Source: a virus (Duplodnaviria; Caudoviricetes). From it: a stretch of DNA of 64,000 bases. The position numbers and the translations under genes were made by a program. The notes beneath the pieces are model-generated. The model worked only from the letters and a program-made list of their open reading frames with translations. It did not search any database and was not told the origin of the DNA. The stretch lies in IMG/VR virus record IMGVR_UViG_3300043021_000113; one strand, given 5' to 3'. The first letter of the stretch is position 1. Each line of letters begins with the position of its first letter. This document shows, in pieces, positions 1-10,768 of this stretch.

Positions 1-388
1 TTTTGTTAATTTCACTTAAGGAAAGGTGCATTCTAAATGCAACCTTTCCTGGGTAAGTTTCATTATAAGCTGTTATAAATCTACCTACAATTTGAAACCA
101 CGAATAAAATTCTAATCTTGAAATGTAATTTATAATCCATCCTGCATTATTAGCAACAATGCTTGAAAAAGAACTATCTTCAAACATAAATTCAGCAATT
201 ACATTTTTAGGTTTATCTTTGTTTAACTCTGAATGATGAGAAAACATCCTAAATTGAACTTGATTGTTAGATTCAACAAGAATTAATCTATATTTTAAAT
301 CTTCCAAATCTTCTTCTACAAGTTCAACGTGCCAATCAAACAAAAATAATTTTATTTGATAATCACTTTCGTTATTTGAATAATACAT
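1..388 (-). CDS. hypothetical protein, runs off the window edge (MYYSNNESDYQIKLFLFDWH...)
   Basis: ATG at 388 overlaps the stop of the 388..828 ORF; the frame is open to position 1. Confidence 0.6.
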   Translation of the reverse strand, partial: MYYSNNESDYQIKLFLFDWHVELVEEDLEDLKYRLILVESNNQVQFRMFSHHSELNKDKPKNVIAEFMFEDSSFSSIVANNAGWIINYISRLEFYSWFQIVGRFITAYNETYPGKVAFRMHLSLSEINK

Positions 389-828
389 TACATTTTTAAA
401 TAACTTTCTACTAAACTAGCCATTCTTTCTCCACTGTTTATTTCTTCAATTTCTGCTAATAAATAATCTCTGTGTAAATGCTTTTCAATTTCAGCTATTC
501 TTTCAATACTTGCCGTTAAAACAAACCCCAAAACTTCTTTAGGGTCTACTAACTCCATATACAAAGTTAACAGATAAAAGAAGCTTTGGCGGTTTGACAT
601 GGCAAATTTTCTATAAATAGCATTAGTTCTAGCATGATTTCGTATCCCGGTAGTCTTGTCTTTATAAATAAAACAACCAACACCACCAGGAATGGAATTA
701 AAAATCAACTCAAATCTATCTTTTTTAGGAAAAAAGCTTGTGCAATGATTATTTAAGTATTTAGCAGGAAATTCTAAGTAAAATTCAGTGTAATTTGATA
801 AAAGAATTTCAAGATCGTTAATGTGCAT
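388..828 (-). CDS. hypothetical protein
   Basis: 146 aa ORF, translationally coupled to its neighbours. Confidence 0.6.
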   Translation of the reverse strand: MHINDLEILLSNYTEFYLEFPAKYLNNHCTSFFPKKDRFELIFNSIPGGVGCFIYKDKTTGIRNHARTNAIYRKFAMSNRQSFFYLLTLYMELVDPKEVLGFVLTASIERIAEIEKHLHRDYLLAEIEEINSGERMASLVESYLKM

Positions 829-1423
829 CTTTAAATCTTAAATTTGTTAATACTTTTCCATTATATTTAAAACATCTTGGGCCATTATAATTGTTAGAAT
901 TATTTTTTAAATTTTTAGGTGTAAATTCTTTTGCAAATCCAGACATACTATAAATTTTATCTTTATATTTTATTTTTGATTCATTATAAACTTCTACTTC
1001 TAAATTATTATGAATAAAATTTATTTTATCTCCTGGTTTTAAACCAACCATTGAAAATTTAAAGTCTGAATTTCTTTTTGTTTTTGAATCATAATTTGAA
1101 TTTTTAAATTTGCATTTTTCAATGTAACCATCAGCTGTTAATTCTACAAGTTGTTTTAATAATTCGTAAGCATCTTTTGCTGGATATTTGAAAAACTCCC
1201 TATTTGTTCTTGTTCTTGTATCAGTAAGTTTCGTTAATATATCATGAATTGTTTTTTCTATTTCGTTAAACTTATAAGTATAAGCGTAACCGTAAATTTC
1301 AAAAGGAGTTGGAGTTGATGTATTGTCAAGCTCTTTTACTCGTTCTTCAATAGGTCTTGATGTTTTCCCTATTTTTATATCCTCAAAAGATGGATTAATT
1401 AATATATAAACGTAACCATGCAT
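818..1423 (-). CDS. GIY-YIG-like (T5orf172/MUG113) nuclease domain plus C-terminal RAMA-like domain
   Basis: GYVYILIN...KIGKT...ERVKEL...TPF...NREFF; C-terminal YSMSGFA...NGP..FKYNGKVLTNLR. Confidence 0.7.
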   Translation of the reverse strand: MHGYVYILINPSFEDIKIGKTSRPIEERVKELDNTSTPTPFEIYGYAYTYKFNEIEKTIHDILTKLTDTRTRTNREFFKYPAKDAYELLKQLVELTADGYIEKCKFKNSNYDSKTKRNSDFKFSMVGLKPGDKINFIHNNLEVEVYNESKIKYKDKIYSMSGFAKEFTPKNLKNNSNNYNGPRCFKYNGKVLTNLRFKDAH

Positions 1424-1920
1424 TACTTAAATTTATTAATTAAGTTATTTATTTTTTGTTGTACAATAGGCTTTATTGTTTCGTGCATATATTCAAAATC
1501 AATATCTCCAGATTCTGTAATTGGAAGTGGTATATATTGTTTTTTAAGTCTAGCTAAACCAGCTGCTCTACCATAACAATACCTTGGTACAAGATAACTA
1601 CTCATAATTGCTGCAATATACATTGCGCAATAATCACTAATTATTTTTATTTTAGGTTTTGCAATTACTACATGACAATTAACACCGAATTTGTAATTAT
1701 GCCATCTTGTAACTCCAGGTTTTCCATCTTTTGCAATAGTAAATAAATTTTCTCCAGCTAAATTATCTGTAAAACCACCATGTCCATTGTTAAATTCTGT
1801 TGCAGTTATTTGAGGATATTTTCCTTTTTCTGATATATTACCTGTTCCATTTTTAAGATCAAATAAATCCATTAAAAGAAATAATCCACAAGATCTATTA
1901 TTATATACTATTTTTTTCAC
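1423..1920 (-). CDS. R-M specificity (S) subunit, single target-recognition domain, copy 2
   Basis: LFDLKNG...YPQITAT..NNG...RY.YGR...RLKKQ.IPLP....G.IDFEYM; paralogue of 1901..2458. Confidence 0.8.
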   Translation of the reverse strand: MKKIVYNNRSCGLFLLMDLFDLKNGTGNISEKGKYPQITATEFNNGHGGFTDNLAGENLFTIAKDGKPGVTRWHNYKFGVNCHVVIAKPKIKIISDYCAMYIAAIMSSYLVPRYCYGRAAGLARLKKQYIPLPITESGDIDFEYMHETIKPIVQQKINNLINKFK

Positions 1921-2458
1921 ATTTATTAATATTTATGTTATTTTCATTATTTATAAAATTACAATTTAAACTATTTTTTATTTTATTTATTTTTTCTTGC
2001 ATTAATGGTCGTATTATAGATTCCATATAATCAAAATCTATTTTTTCATTTTCTGTAATTGGTAAAGGAATTTCTTGTTTTTTTAATCTTGCAACATTAG
2101 CAGTTCTACCATAAGAATACCTAGGTTTTAAATAAGAACTAATAATTGCTGCCATATACATTGCTTGATAATTATTATCTATTTTATTTTTAGGAATTAA
2201 AATAACAATATTTGAAGTTGCAGAAAATTTATAATCATGCCAAAAAGTAGCTCCACCATCACCTACTGAAACAACAGTAAAACAATTTTCATAATCTTCA
2301 GAATCAGTTTTACCACCTATTCCATTATTTTTTGTTGTAGCTGTTATTAATGGATATTTTCCTTTATCAGTTATAACTCCTTTTCCCTTTTTAATTTCAA
2401 ATAAACTTGAAATTAAAAATAATCCACAAGCTCTATTATTATATACAATTTTTTTCAT
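1901..2458 (-). CDS. R-M specificity (S) subunit, single target-recognition domain, copy 1
   Basis: LFEIKKG...YPLITATTKNNG...RYSYGR...RLKKQEIPLP...IDFDYME. Confidence 0.8.
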   Translation of the reverse strand: MKKIVYNNRACGLFLISSLFEIKKGKGVITDKGKYPLITATTKNNGIGGKTDSEDYENCFTVVSVGDGGATFWHDYKFSATSNIVILIPKNKIDNNYQAMYMAAIISSYLKPRYSYGRTANVARLKKQEIPLPITENEKIDFDYMESIIRPLMQEKINKIKNSLNCNFINNENNININKCEKNSI

Positions 2459-4305
2459 AAATTAGCGTTTATTTGAGATAAAACGATAATTTCAAGTTCT
2501 TTTTTTAAATCATTTCCTATATCATCTTTTGGTAAATAACACCAATCATCATTTCCAATTTTTCTAAAATTAGATTTATTAGTAATTTTTCTATTATCTA
2601 TTATATCTATTATTTCATCATATAATTTCTGTACATTTTCAGTTGGTTTACGTATATTATCTGAAACATAGAATCCATCGTCACTATAATCAACACAAAA
2701 TACTTGATGGTTAGTTGTTACTGTTTCTCCTACTGTAAATACAAATATAGATGTATTAACAGCTGCACTTGGTTGAAATAAATTATCAGCAACTTTAATT
2801 ATCATATCAAGTCTATTATTCTTTAATATTTCATTTCTAAGTTCACTAACAATTTTATTATCATTAAGACCACAACTCATAGGTACAATTGCTGCCATTT
2901 TAGCTCCTTTTGGAAGATATTTTATAGTTTCAATAACAAAAGACCATTCATGCATTTTCTTGTTTTTAGTTCCTTTCATCATTGAATATGGAGGATTTAA
3001 AATGCCAGCTGTAGGTTGAGTTTTTTTTATCTTATCTCCTACTTCGTAACAATCACCATATATTAAATTATCAGTAGAAATATTATTAAACGAAAAATTT
3101 GCAAATGCTAAAAAATACATATGTTGTAATAATTCAACTGCAATATAACCTTCTTGTAATTTTTCTTCATCTTCTTTTGTTTGACATAAACTTTTTTTAC
3201 GATTAAAAGTTTCTACAGGAAAAGCTCCAGTACCAGTACAAAGATCAAGAATAACATCTTGTGCATTATTTACTACTATATGATTCATTAATCTTGTTAT
3301 ATGATAAGGAGTTAAAACTACTCCACAATCTTTACCATCAGATTTAGTATATCTTAAAAATTCATTATATAAAATACTTGATATATCAATTTTTTTGTCT
3401 TTATATTTATTTTCTAATGGAATTAATATTTCATGTAAAATAAAAGAACAAATAAATTTAGGTAAACTCATTGTATCAATTCCAGTTTCTGAATAATTAC
3501 TCATATATTGTTTATAAGGAACAGTAGCTGAATTATTAATTGATAAACGAGATTGATCAAATCTTGATATTGAACGTTTCACATTTTCTTGAACTTCTAT
3601 TTTATGATAAGCAATTGTTTGTATTATTGCATTATATATATAACGTGAAAAATCAATATCTTTAATTTTTCTATTAACAAGATTGTTTCTGAAATCAATA
3701 CATTGTATTGACATTATACAAGCAGTCAATAAATCTATTTTATCAGATGCTGCAATGCCTGCATGATTTCTTACTCCTTCATGTAATATTCCAATTTTAG
3801 ATTTAATTTCTAACTCTACTATATGATGAATACTATTATTTTTATTAACTTTAGTTTTATTAATTATAACATCTAATGCATAATTTAAATAATCAAGTAT
3901 AGAGTCATTAGTATTTTTCTTATCTATATATTGTATTTCTTCTTCTTCGTCTAAATAAAAACAAGCTATTTCTATTTCTGTTTTACTTAAACCAAAAACA
4001 TTAACACCAAATGGTTTAATTCCAGTTTTTAAAGTTTCTAACATATAATCTTTAAGTTGAGCTTTAGCTAAAGATTTTGTTTTATTGTCATTATCAACTT
4101 TTACTTCAGCTATTAACTGCATAGGCATTTCATCAGATTTAAGACAAACATCAGATATAGAATCTGGACGTTTACCTTTTAAATTTGAAACTTGGCGAGT
4201 ATATCTATTGCCGTTTTCTTGTTTAGCTAATTTTTCCCAAGTATTAATTATTTTAAAGAAATTATCTTCAACTTGAGATTCATTAAATTTATTAATTTTT
4301 GCCAT
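2455..4305 (-). CDS. fused endonuclease / N6-adenine methyltransferase (BcgI-like Type IIB/IIG)
   Basis: N-terminal PD...AEVK; GVVLTPYHIT; motif I ILDLCTGTGAF; motif IV NPPY; IVPMS; adjacent S genes. Confidence 0.85.
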   Translation of the reverse strand: MAKINKFNESQVEDNFFKIINTWEKLAKQENGNRYTRQVSNLKGKRPDSISDVCLKSDEMPMQLIAEVKVDNDNKTKSLAKAQLKDYMLETLKTGIKPFGVNVFGLSKTEIEIACFYLDEEEEIQYIDKKNTNDSILDYLNYALDVIINKTKVNKNNSIHHIVELEIKSKIGILHEGVRNHAGIAASDKIDLLTACIMSIQCIDFRNNLVNRKIKDIDFSRYIYNAIIQTIAYHKIEVQENVKRSISRFDQSRLSINNSATVPYKQYMSNYSETGIDTMSLPKFICSFILHEILIPLENKYKDKKIDISSILYNEFLRYTKSDGKDCGVVLTPYHITRLMNHIVVNNAQDVILDLCTGTGAFPVETFNRKKSLCQTKEDEEKLQEGYIAVELLQHMYFLAFANFSFNNISTDNLIYGDCYEVGDKIKKTQPTAGILNPPYSMMKGTKNKKMHEWSFVIETIKYLPKGAKMAAIVPMSCGLNDNKIVSELRNEILKNNRLDMIIKVADNLFQPSAAVNTSIFVFTVGETVTTNHQVFCVDYSDDGFYVSDNIRKPTENVQKLYDEIIDIIDNRKITNKSNFRKIGNDDWCYLPKDDIGNDLKKELEIIVLSQINANL

Positions 4306-4472
4306 TTTATACTATAAATATTATAATTCTTTTTCATCTTATCTAAAGTTTAATATCTATTTTTAATGACTATCTATAGGTTTTTATATATTAACTAAAT
4401 TTAAAATTAACGTGTTTTCAAGGTATAGATTAAAAAGTAACTAATTATTATTATTTATTTAGATGTTAGAAT

Positions 4473-4988
4473 TTATTTATTATTATAATTAACAAAATTT
4501 TCTGCTTTTATATATTTAGAAGGACATTCAGGACATGCATATATGCAAGCATAAGCTTTATTTGATCCTTCAAATATTAAAGACATCATTGTATTATTTT
4601 TTAATAAAGTATTTAATAATTTAAAATTATTTCCAGTTAAAATCATTTTACCTTTAATTATTTTTGTATTAAATGTATATTCATCATTTGAAATTGGAGT
4701 TTTAATTATTACATTAAAATAATCATTTACTTCTTTTTCTTTATTATTTTTTTCTTTAAATGTTATTTCATAAAATTTATCATAATAACGAATAATTATT
4801 AAACAATCATTTTCTTTTCCATTTCTTTCTATACATGTTCCAGCTATAGGGAAAGATGTTCTTCTTTCATCTGATGGCGAACCATCTTCATTTATTCTTG
4901 CTTCAAATTCCCATTGTAAATCTTTATCTTACGCTTTAACACTAATTATTGTAAACAAAAATAAAGTACTTACTAAAAATTTTTTCAT
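4473..4988 (-). pseudogene. secreted protein with an in-frame TAA straight after the signal peptide
   Basis: MKKFLVSTLFLFTIISVKA*DKDLQWEFEAR...; frame stays open for about 150 more codons. Confidence 0.7.
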
Positions 4989-5025
4989 CTTATCTAATGT
5001 TTTATTATCTATTAATAAATTTTAT

Positions 5026-5559
5026 TTATTGACTAACTTTATTTTCAGTCTGAGTTTTTAAAGTTCTATTTGTAAAATTCACAGAATCTTTAAGTTCTTT
5101 AAGAAGTTTTACTTCTTCAATTGAAGCATGTTCTGATGAATCTTTAACATCACTTAATTTTTGATTCAGATTGAAAATTCCTGTTTTATTTTCTCTTATC
5201 AGCAACTCTAGATCATAAATTCTGTTTGATATATCGTTAAACTCTACTGAATGATCTTTTGTTAATAATTCAATTTTAGATTGACTCATTCCAATTGCTC
5301 TAACATTATTTTTTATTTCGTCAATCTTTCCATAATTATTATCTGTTGCTTTAATATTTTTTAATTCTTCACTTATTAAATAAAGCTTAGAATTAATTTC
5401 AGTTGAGGTGTTGAGTGTTCTTGTGAAACTCAAACTAAGATCATAAAGGTCTAAAGATTGTTTGTCTAATAGACCATTAATTGCTTTTAATTTTTTATTT
5501 ATATAAACAAAAAAGCAAAGACCAGAAAATGCAATCACTGCTAATGTTAAAGATCCCAT
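5026..5559 (-). CDS. membrane-anchored coiled-coil protein
   Basis: N-terminal hydrophobic helix followed by heptad-like sequence. Confidence 0.6.
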   Translation of the reverse strand: MGSLTLAVIAFSGLCFFVYINKKLKAINGLLDKQSLDLYDLSLSFTRTLNTSTEINSKLYLISEELKNIKATDNNYGKIDEIKNNVRAIGMSQSKIELLTKDHSVEFNDISNRIYDLELLIRENKTGIFNLNQKLSDVKDSSEHASIEEVKLLKELKDSVNFTNRTLKTQTENKVSQ

Positions 5560-5974
5560 GTTTTAATTAATTAAAGATTCTTAACTAAACTTTCAAGTAA
5601 TCTGTTAAACATTGCGTCGTGATCATCTAAACGCTCATTTAATTTTTTAAGCTCTAATTCTATTCTATCTAAGGACTCCTTGAGACCTTGAATTTCTGTT
5701 AAACTACTTCTAATCTTCATTATATCTTATCTTTTTTCATCCCAATTTATTTTATCTATTGCATCATCTGGCAATTTAAAAACTCCCATGTTTTCCTCTT
5801 TAGCACCAATGCTAAAGAGAACAAACATGAAACTTCCAATTTGACTGTCTAAATCTTGTTTGTAAATACTACTTATTCTTTTAATTGCTAAATAATCGCT
5901 ATTATCAGAATTTAATTTTACTGTATTATTTACAAAAAGTTTAAAATCAGCTTTATATGGTATGTAATTTTGCA

Positions 5975-6310
5975 TTATTGAGCACTTTTACTTTTTAATT
6001 CTTCTAATTGTTTTTGTAAAATTTCAATTTGCATTTCTTGCATTTCTTGCATTTTCTTTTTACTTTCTTTTTCTTCTAATTTTTCTTGATTATATGTTAA
6101 ATCGAATTGTTCTTCGCCATCCAATACTAATTGGAAAAAATCAATTACTGCCCAAATTAAAATTAAAACTGGGACAAAATATGTCCAACAAAACAAAATA
6201 CTTAAAAAAAGTTTTGTTAAACCAAATCCAATTCTTTTTAAATAAAAATCATGAAATCCAATTATACCAAAAAAGACACATAATAAGATTGCTGTTCCTC
6301 TACTTTTCAT
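5975..6310 (-). CDS. TM2/NINE-domain membrane protein
   Basis: KSRGTAILLCVFFGIIGFHDFYL...G. Confidence 0.8.
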   Translation of the reverse strand: MKSRGTAILLCVFFGIIGFHDFYLKRIGFGLTKLFLSILFCWTYFVPVLILIWAVIDFFQLVLDGEEQFDLTYNQEKLEEKESKKKMQEMQEMQIEILQKQLEELKSKSAQ

Positions 6311-6337
6311 TGCTTAAAATTTATCTGTTTTTAATAA

Positions 6338-6709
6338 TTATTTATTATATTTATTTTTTATGTATTCAGATTCACCGAAACGTTCTTTCGTTTCAAGTAT
6401 AATATCAATAGGAAATTTTTCTTTTAAATCTCCATAATTATCAATATATTTAAAAGTTTTTTCATCTGAAATACATAAATAATAATTCCTAATAATATGA
6501 ATTAAATCATCTAAAACTTGATCTCGAACATGTTCATCCGCTTCTTCTCGTGATGGTTTAGATTTGATTTCTTTTTCTATTGCTTCATATACATTTTTTA
6601 TTGATTCACTCACAGATAATACGGTAGCATAATATTTATCTGATTTTTCTTCAGCATTTATGTTAAAAACAGATAACATCATAGCTGTTATTATTAAAAA
6701 CTTTTTCAT
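6338..6709 (-). CDS. secreted hypothetical protein
   Basis: signal peptide MKKFLIITAMMLSVFNINA. Confidence 0.6.
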   Translation of the reverse strand: MKKFLIITAMMLSVFNINAEEKSDKYYATVLSVSESIKNVYEAIEKEIKSKPSREEADEHVRDQVLDDLIHIIRNYYLCISDEKTFKYIDNYGDLKEKFPIDIILETKERFGESEYIKNKYNK

Positions 6710-6748
6710 TTTATAAATTGTTAAGTGTTAGTAAATTATTTTTTAAAT

Positions 6749-6776
6749 TAAAAAAGCCAGGCTTTCACCTGGCTTT
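6749..6776 (-). terminator. intrinsic terminator
   Basis: AAAGCCAGG-TGAAAG-CCTGGCTTT followed by a U run. Confidence 0.65.
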
Positions 6777-6788
6777 AGACACTGATTT

Positions 6789-7019
6789 TTAATTCAAATT
6801 AGCATTAGAATTTGAGTTTATCCATTCGTTAACTGTTCCAGTAAAACCTATTGGTTGTCTACTTTCCCATTCAGGATTTACTTTTTCTTCAGTTTTATTA
6901 TCAGTGACAATATCATTTATTAAACTATCGTTTATTACTTGTTGTTCTGCTTGTTCAATTATTATATCACTACAAGAACAAGTAGCCAAAACAAAAGTTA
7001 TTAATATAAAATTTTTCAT
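6789..7019 (-). CDS. small lipoprotein
   Basis: lipobox-like ATCSC; C-terminal IGFTGTVNEW. Confidence 0.6.
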   Translation of the reverse strand: MKNFILITFVLATCSCSDIIIEQAEQQVINDSLINDIVTDNKTEEKVNPEWESRQPIGFTGTVNEWINSNSNANLN

Positions 7020-7087
7020 TTTTTTAAATATTAAAATAAAAAAGGGCCAAGCATTAATGCAAGACCCTTTAAATATCGTTTATTTAG

Positions 7088-7591
7088 TTATTCACTAAAT
7101 ACAATGTATTTTCCAATTTTTGTTCCTTTTCCTGGTATATATTCAAAAGTAAATGCTTTTGGTTCTCCTTCTGAAACAACTTTAACTAATCGGCAATAAT
7201 GTTTTACATTTTCGCCTAAAATTTCTCTATATTCTCTTACAATTTCTCTTGCAAGATCCATTGCTGCGTTTTTATGTTCTGCTTTTCCTAGAATTTCTCC
7301 AGTTTCTGAATTTATCAATTCATAAATTGTTTTATATTTTCTTTGTCCAGTTGAAGAAATAGAATTAATTTTATAAGGATTTAATCTTTTATCCTCAGTT
7401 GGTAATTCTTCGATTATATATGCATTTTCAACTTTGTTTTTTTCAAGATAATTTTTAGCGAACTCTTCAAATTCAACACCTATAGGTTTTCCTGCTTTTT
7501 TCCAAGAAAAAGTAGCGTTTTTTGAAAGTTCCAAACCTGTTTCTTCTTTTACATTTTGCAAATTGAATGCCTTTACTTTAACTATTTTCAT
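7088..7591 (-). CDS. hypothetical protein
   Basis: 167 aa ORF downstream of a canonical promoter. Confidence 0.6.
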   Translation of the reverse strand: MKIVKVKAFNLQNVKEETGLELSKNATFSWKKAGKPIGVEFEEFAKNYLEKNKVENAYIIEELPTEDKRLNPYKINSISSTGQRKYKTIYELINSETGEILGKAEHKNAAMDLAREIVREYREILGENVKHYCRLVKVVSEGEPKAFTFEYIPGKGTKIGKYIVFSE

Positions 7592-7638
7592 AAAACAATA
7601 TTTTTAGTTATTAACTATTATTTCTTATTTTTACATTA

Positions 7639-7670
7639 CAAAGATAATTTTTATTTTTTTAACTACCAAA
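7639..7670 (-). promoter_or_regulatory. Bacteroidota housekeeping-sigma promoter (-33/-7)
   Basis: TTTG-N20-TATCTTTG. Confidence 0.75.
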
Positions 7671-7680
7671 TGTTTTTGCA

Positions 7681-8310
7681 TTAAAAAGGTATATAACCTC
7701 TCAAAATTTCATTTACTTTTGCTTTAACATCACTTGCCGCTGTAATTCCAAAATAATTGGGAATTGTAACACCTCCCAGAAACTCGCCAACATAAAGAGC
7801 TAAAGTTTCCTTAAAATTTATCGCTTGTTCATCTGTCATTCCAGCGGTATTTAACGCTTTAAGATCTACTAATTTATTAATTGCATCTATTGGTCCAGCT
7901 TTTGGATCTTTCTTTCTTAAAGATAAAGTAATTGATCCAGTAAGAGCAATTAATAAAAGCTTATTATCTATTGCTTCGCCTAAATTTCCAAGGCTAAATA
8001 AACTTTGAAATACTGCCACTCGTTCATCACTAGATAATGCTTTATAATCTTTTATAACACTAGCAACTGTTGGAGCCAATTTTATTGGTTCAACTTTTAC
8101 TTCTTCGGCAGTCTTGACTAACTCTTGAAGCTTATTAATTTTTAAATTAATTTCACTTTGTGCATTTAAAATATCATTAATTTTTATGCTTAATTCTTCG
8201 TTTATCATTTGATATTTACAATTATACGTTGGTATTATCTCTTCACAAAGACATTTACAATTTGTGCAGTATTCATTCATAAAATAACAAGAGAATTTAA
8301 ACCGCACCAA
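7681..8310 (-). CDS. hypothetical protein
   Basis: ORF; the real start is probably an internal Met. Confidence 0.55.
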   Translation of the reverse strand: MVRFKFSCYFMNEYCTNCKCLCEEIIPTYNCKYQMINEELSIKINDILNAQSEINLKINKLQELVKTAEEVKVEPIKLAPTVASVIKDYKALSSDERVAVFQSLFSLGNLGEAIDNKLLLIALTGSITLSLRKKDPKAGPIDAINKLVDLKALNTAGMTDEQAINFKETLALYVGEFLGGVTIPNYFGITAASDVKAKVNEILRGYIPF

Positions 8311-8506
8311 AAATCAATTATTCCATCTTTAGGAGATAATCCTTTATAAACTATTTCTTGATCACTAAAAATGTAATCTAAAACTAATTTTATACATTCT
8401 GGTTGTTGTTCGTAATTATCTTTAAGTGGTGGCGAACCATTCCAAAATAACGGAAATGGTAAAATTTCTTTGTCGTTAGGTATAAAATACCATAAACATT
8501 TTTTGC

Positions 8507-10766
8507 TCATAAATTCAAATCATCAAAATTCCAATTATCATCGTTTATATCATCAATTCTTGTTTCTTTATTATAACTCCATTCTAAAGTATTTTCATAT
8601 CCGTTGGCTTGATGCCAAGCAACACGCTTTATAAGCTCTAAAAATTCATGCCATCCTAAAATTAATTGATCATTTTTAACATTATAAAGCTTGGATCTTT
8701 TCAATCCTATTGTTTCAACAACAAGCATATTCGCTGTTCCAGAAAATCCTTCTCCATAAGTTTTTTTAATGTATTCTCTTAATAAAAAATAATAACTCTA
8801 TTATGTTCACATACAGTCGCTAATTGTATGCCGGTTTTTATAAAAACCTGCTGTATGTTACCATACAGTCCAGACTATATCATGATCTTCAGCATTATCT
8901 GTTAAGATCCCCTCCATTTCCACTCGCTTGAGTGTACTCTACTCACTTCCAGATTTTTTCTGTGTTTTCGATAGTCGTTGAGCACAAATTTAAATTATGG
9001 TAAATTTTATAAATTTGATTTTTAAAATCATTTATATTATAATCAATTTTCATATAATTGCACATAGGACAACATGACACACAATTTCCAGGTATATATC
9101 CTTTATTTGGATTTATTCTATCAATTCCATTGGTAGGTAAAGCTTCTTCTTTAAATCTTGTTTTAACCCAATCTCTCATTTGTGGTTTATTACCACAATA
9201 ATAGCAATTTCCATTAATGAGATTTTTTACTTCTTCTTTTGATAGTTTAAATTCAATTTCTCCACGTCTTTTTTCTGCTATAATTTTTTTACTATAATCA
9301 TTATAAAATCTAGTATAAAAATCTCCAGCTTTTATGCCTTTTTTCCCTGTACATTTATTACATCCGTCGCCTTTAATATTTAAAATTTGGGCTTTATACT
9401 TCATATGAATATCACCACATTTTTTACATTGAACAACGAATTTTGTATGATTTTTTAATCTTTTACAATCTATAACTTTATAGGCTTTATTTTCATATCC
9501 TACAAATTTTTTTGCTTTTTTTGGTTTTTCTTGCTTAGTTCTTGTTACAACAAGTTTTTTTAAACATCCAGTACAAGATGTTTGCTTGTATTTTTTAATT
9601 TCACCCATACTTTTTACAAATTCTTTACCGCAATAAATGCATTTACATTTATAAGCTGTACTATGGGGTCTTTTTTCTCTTTCTATTTCTAAAACCTCAA
9701 AACAATTAATAATTTTTCCAATATATTGGCTTATAGATTTATTAACTTTCTCCATAATTTAAATTCTTCGCTTATGATTATCTGCAAATATAATAAAATT
9801 TTTTGTAACATTTAAATATTTGCACATTTCCCATAAATTAGAAGGGTTATTCGTGTGTTATTTCTAACACAAGGGCCGTTATTTTTCAGCCATTTGTCTT
9901 GAATAATGAAACTTACTCCAAGAACCGGGCTTTTGAACTATTTTTTCTTCTATTGGATCATATTCTGAAAAACCCATAAAATTTTCAACTGGCGAACCGC
10001 TGGTTTTAAGATCGTTTAGACAAAAAACTTTGTTTTCTTTATTTATCCATCCATGATCAAGTTTCATCTTAAAACCCACAATTTCTGTTATCTTTTCTCC
10101 TTCCAAATTGCCTAAATCCTTTGGAAATGTAATTTTAAAATCTGCTAAAATAGCCATTTCAAATAAACTTCCTTTATGGTTTATTTGATCCATTATTTCT
10201 TTATTTTCTTTTAAATTTTTAATGCAATTAATAGCTCTAATTCTTAGATCACTAGGTAATATTATTTCTTCAATTTCTCTTTTTGGCTTAATAATTGCTT
10301 TGTAATAAGCTAAACTTTCTCTTATTTTGTCCTTTATAAATCCTGGAATTCCTAAAGAACCATTAGATAAAATTCTATTTAAATAATAATCAGCACGAGA
10401 ACAAGCCAAAACTATTGATTCTTCAATAGTTTTACCTTTACTTCTATATTCTTTGAAAGCTTCAACTGCTAAATAAAATTTACCTGTTGGAGCTTCAATT
10501 TCTGATAATTTAAACTCGTTCGGCTGCAATAATGCTTGGTGAATTGCACTTCCGAGCGATAAAGCAACACTATTTGAAGGTTTGAATCCTTCGAAAAATT
10601 TTGTTGGAGAACCACCTTGAGCTGGATTTAATAATCCAAGCTTTGAATTACTAACATATCTTGCATATTTAGAACTAAAATAAACTTCATCTGGTATATC
10701 TAACATTTGCAGACTGTCTGAAATAAGTTCTATTTTAAAATGTTTTAATATTTCGTTAATTTCCAT
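8507..10766 (-). CDS. PD-(D/E)xK exonuclease, spliced (exons 10766-9888 and 8797-8507)
   Basis: GSAIH...KMKLD...LNDLKT; the join restores HYSRQMA|SYYFLL. Confidence 0.8.
8798..9887 (-). mobile_element. group I intron 1 carrying an HNH homing endonuclease
   Basis: 5' exon ends in U with P1 GGCU/GGCC; P10 AAUAAC/GUUAUU; core UCAACGACUA and GAUAUAGUC; terminal G; frame restored. Confidence 0.85.
8943..9755 (-). CDS. intron-encoded HNH homing endonuclease
   Basis: CYYCG...NGIDRINPNKGY...NCVSCCPMCN; Cys-rich N-terminal repeats. Confidence 0.85.
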   Translation of the reverse strand: MEKVNKSISQYIGKIINCFEVLEIEREKRPHSTAYKCKCIYCGKEFVKSMGEIKKYKQTSCTGCLKKLVVTRTKQEKPKKAKKFVGYENKAYKVIDCKRLKNHTKFVVQCKKCGDIHMKYKAQILNIKGDGCNKCTGKKGIKAGDFYTRFYNDYSKKIIAEKRRGEIEFKLSKEEVKNLINGNCYYCGNKPQMRDWVKTRFKEEALPTNGIDRINPNKGYIPGNCVSCCPMCNYMKIDYNINDFKNQIYKIYHNLNLCSTTIENTEKIWK

Positions 10767-10768
10767 TT

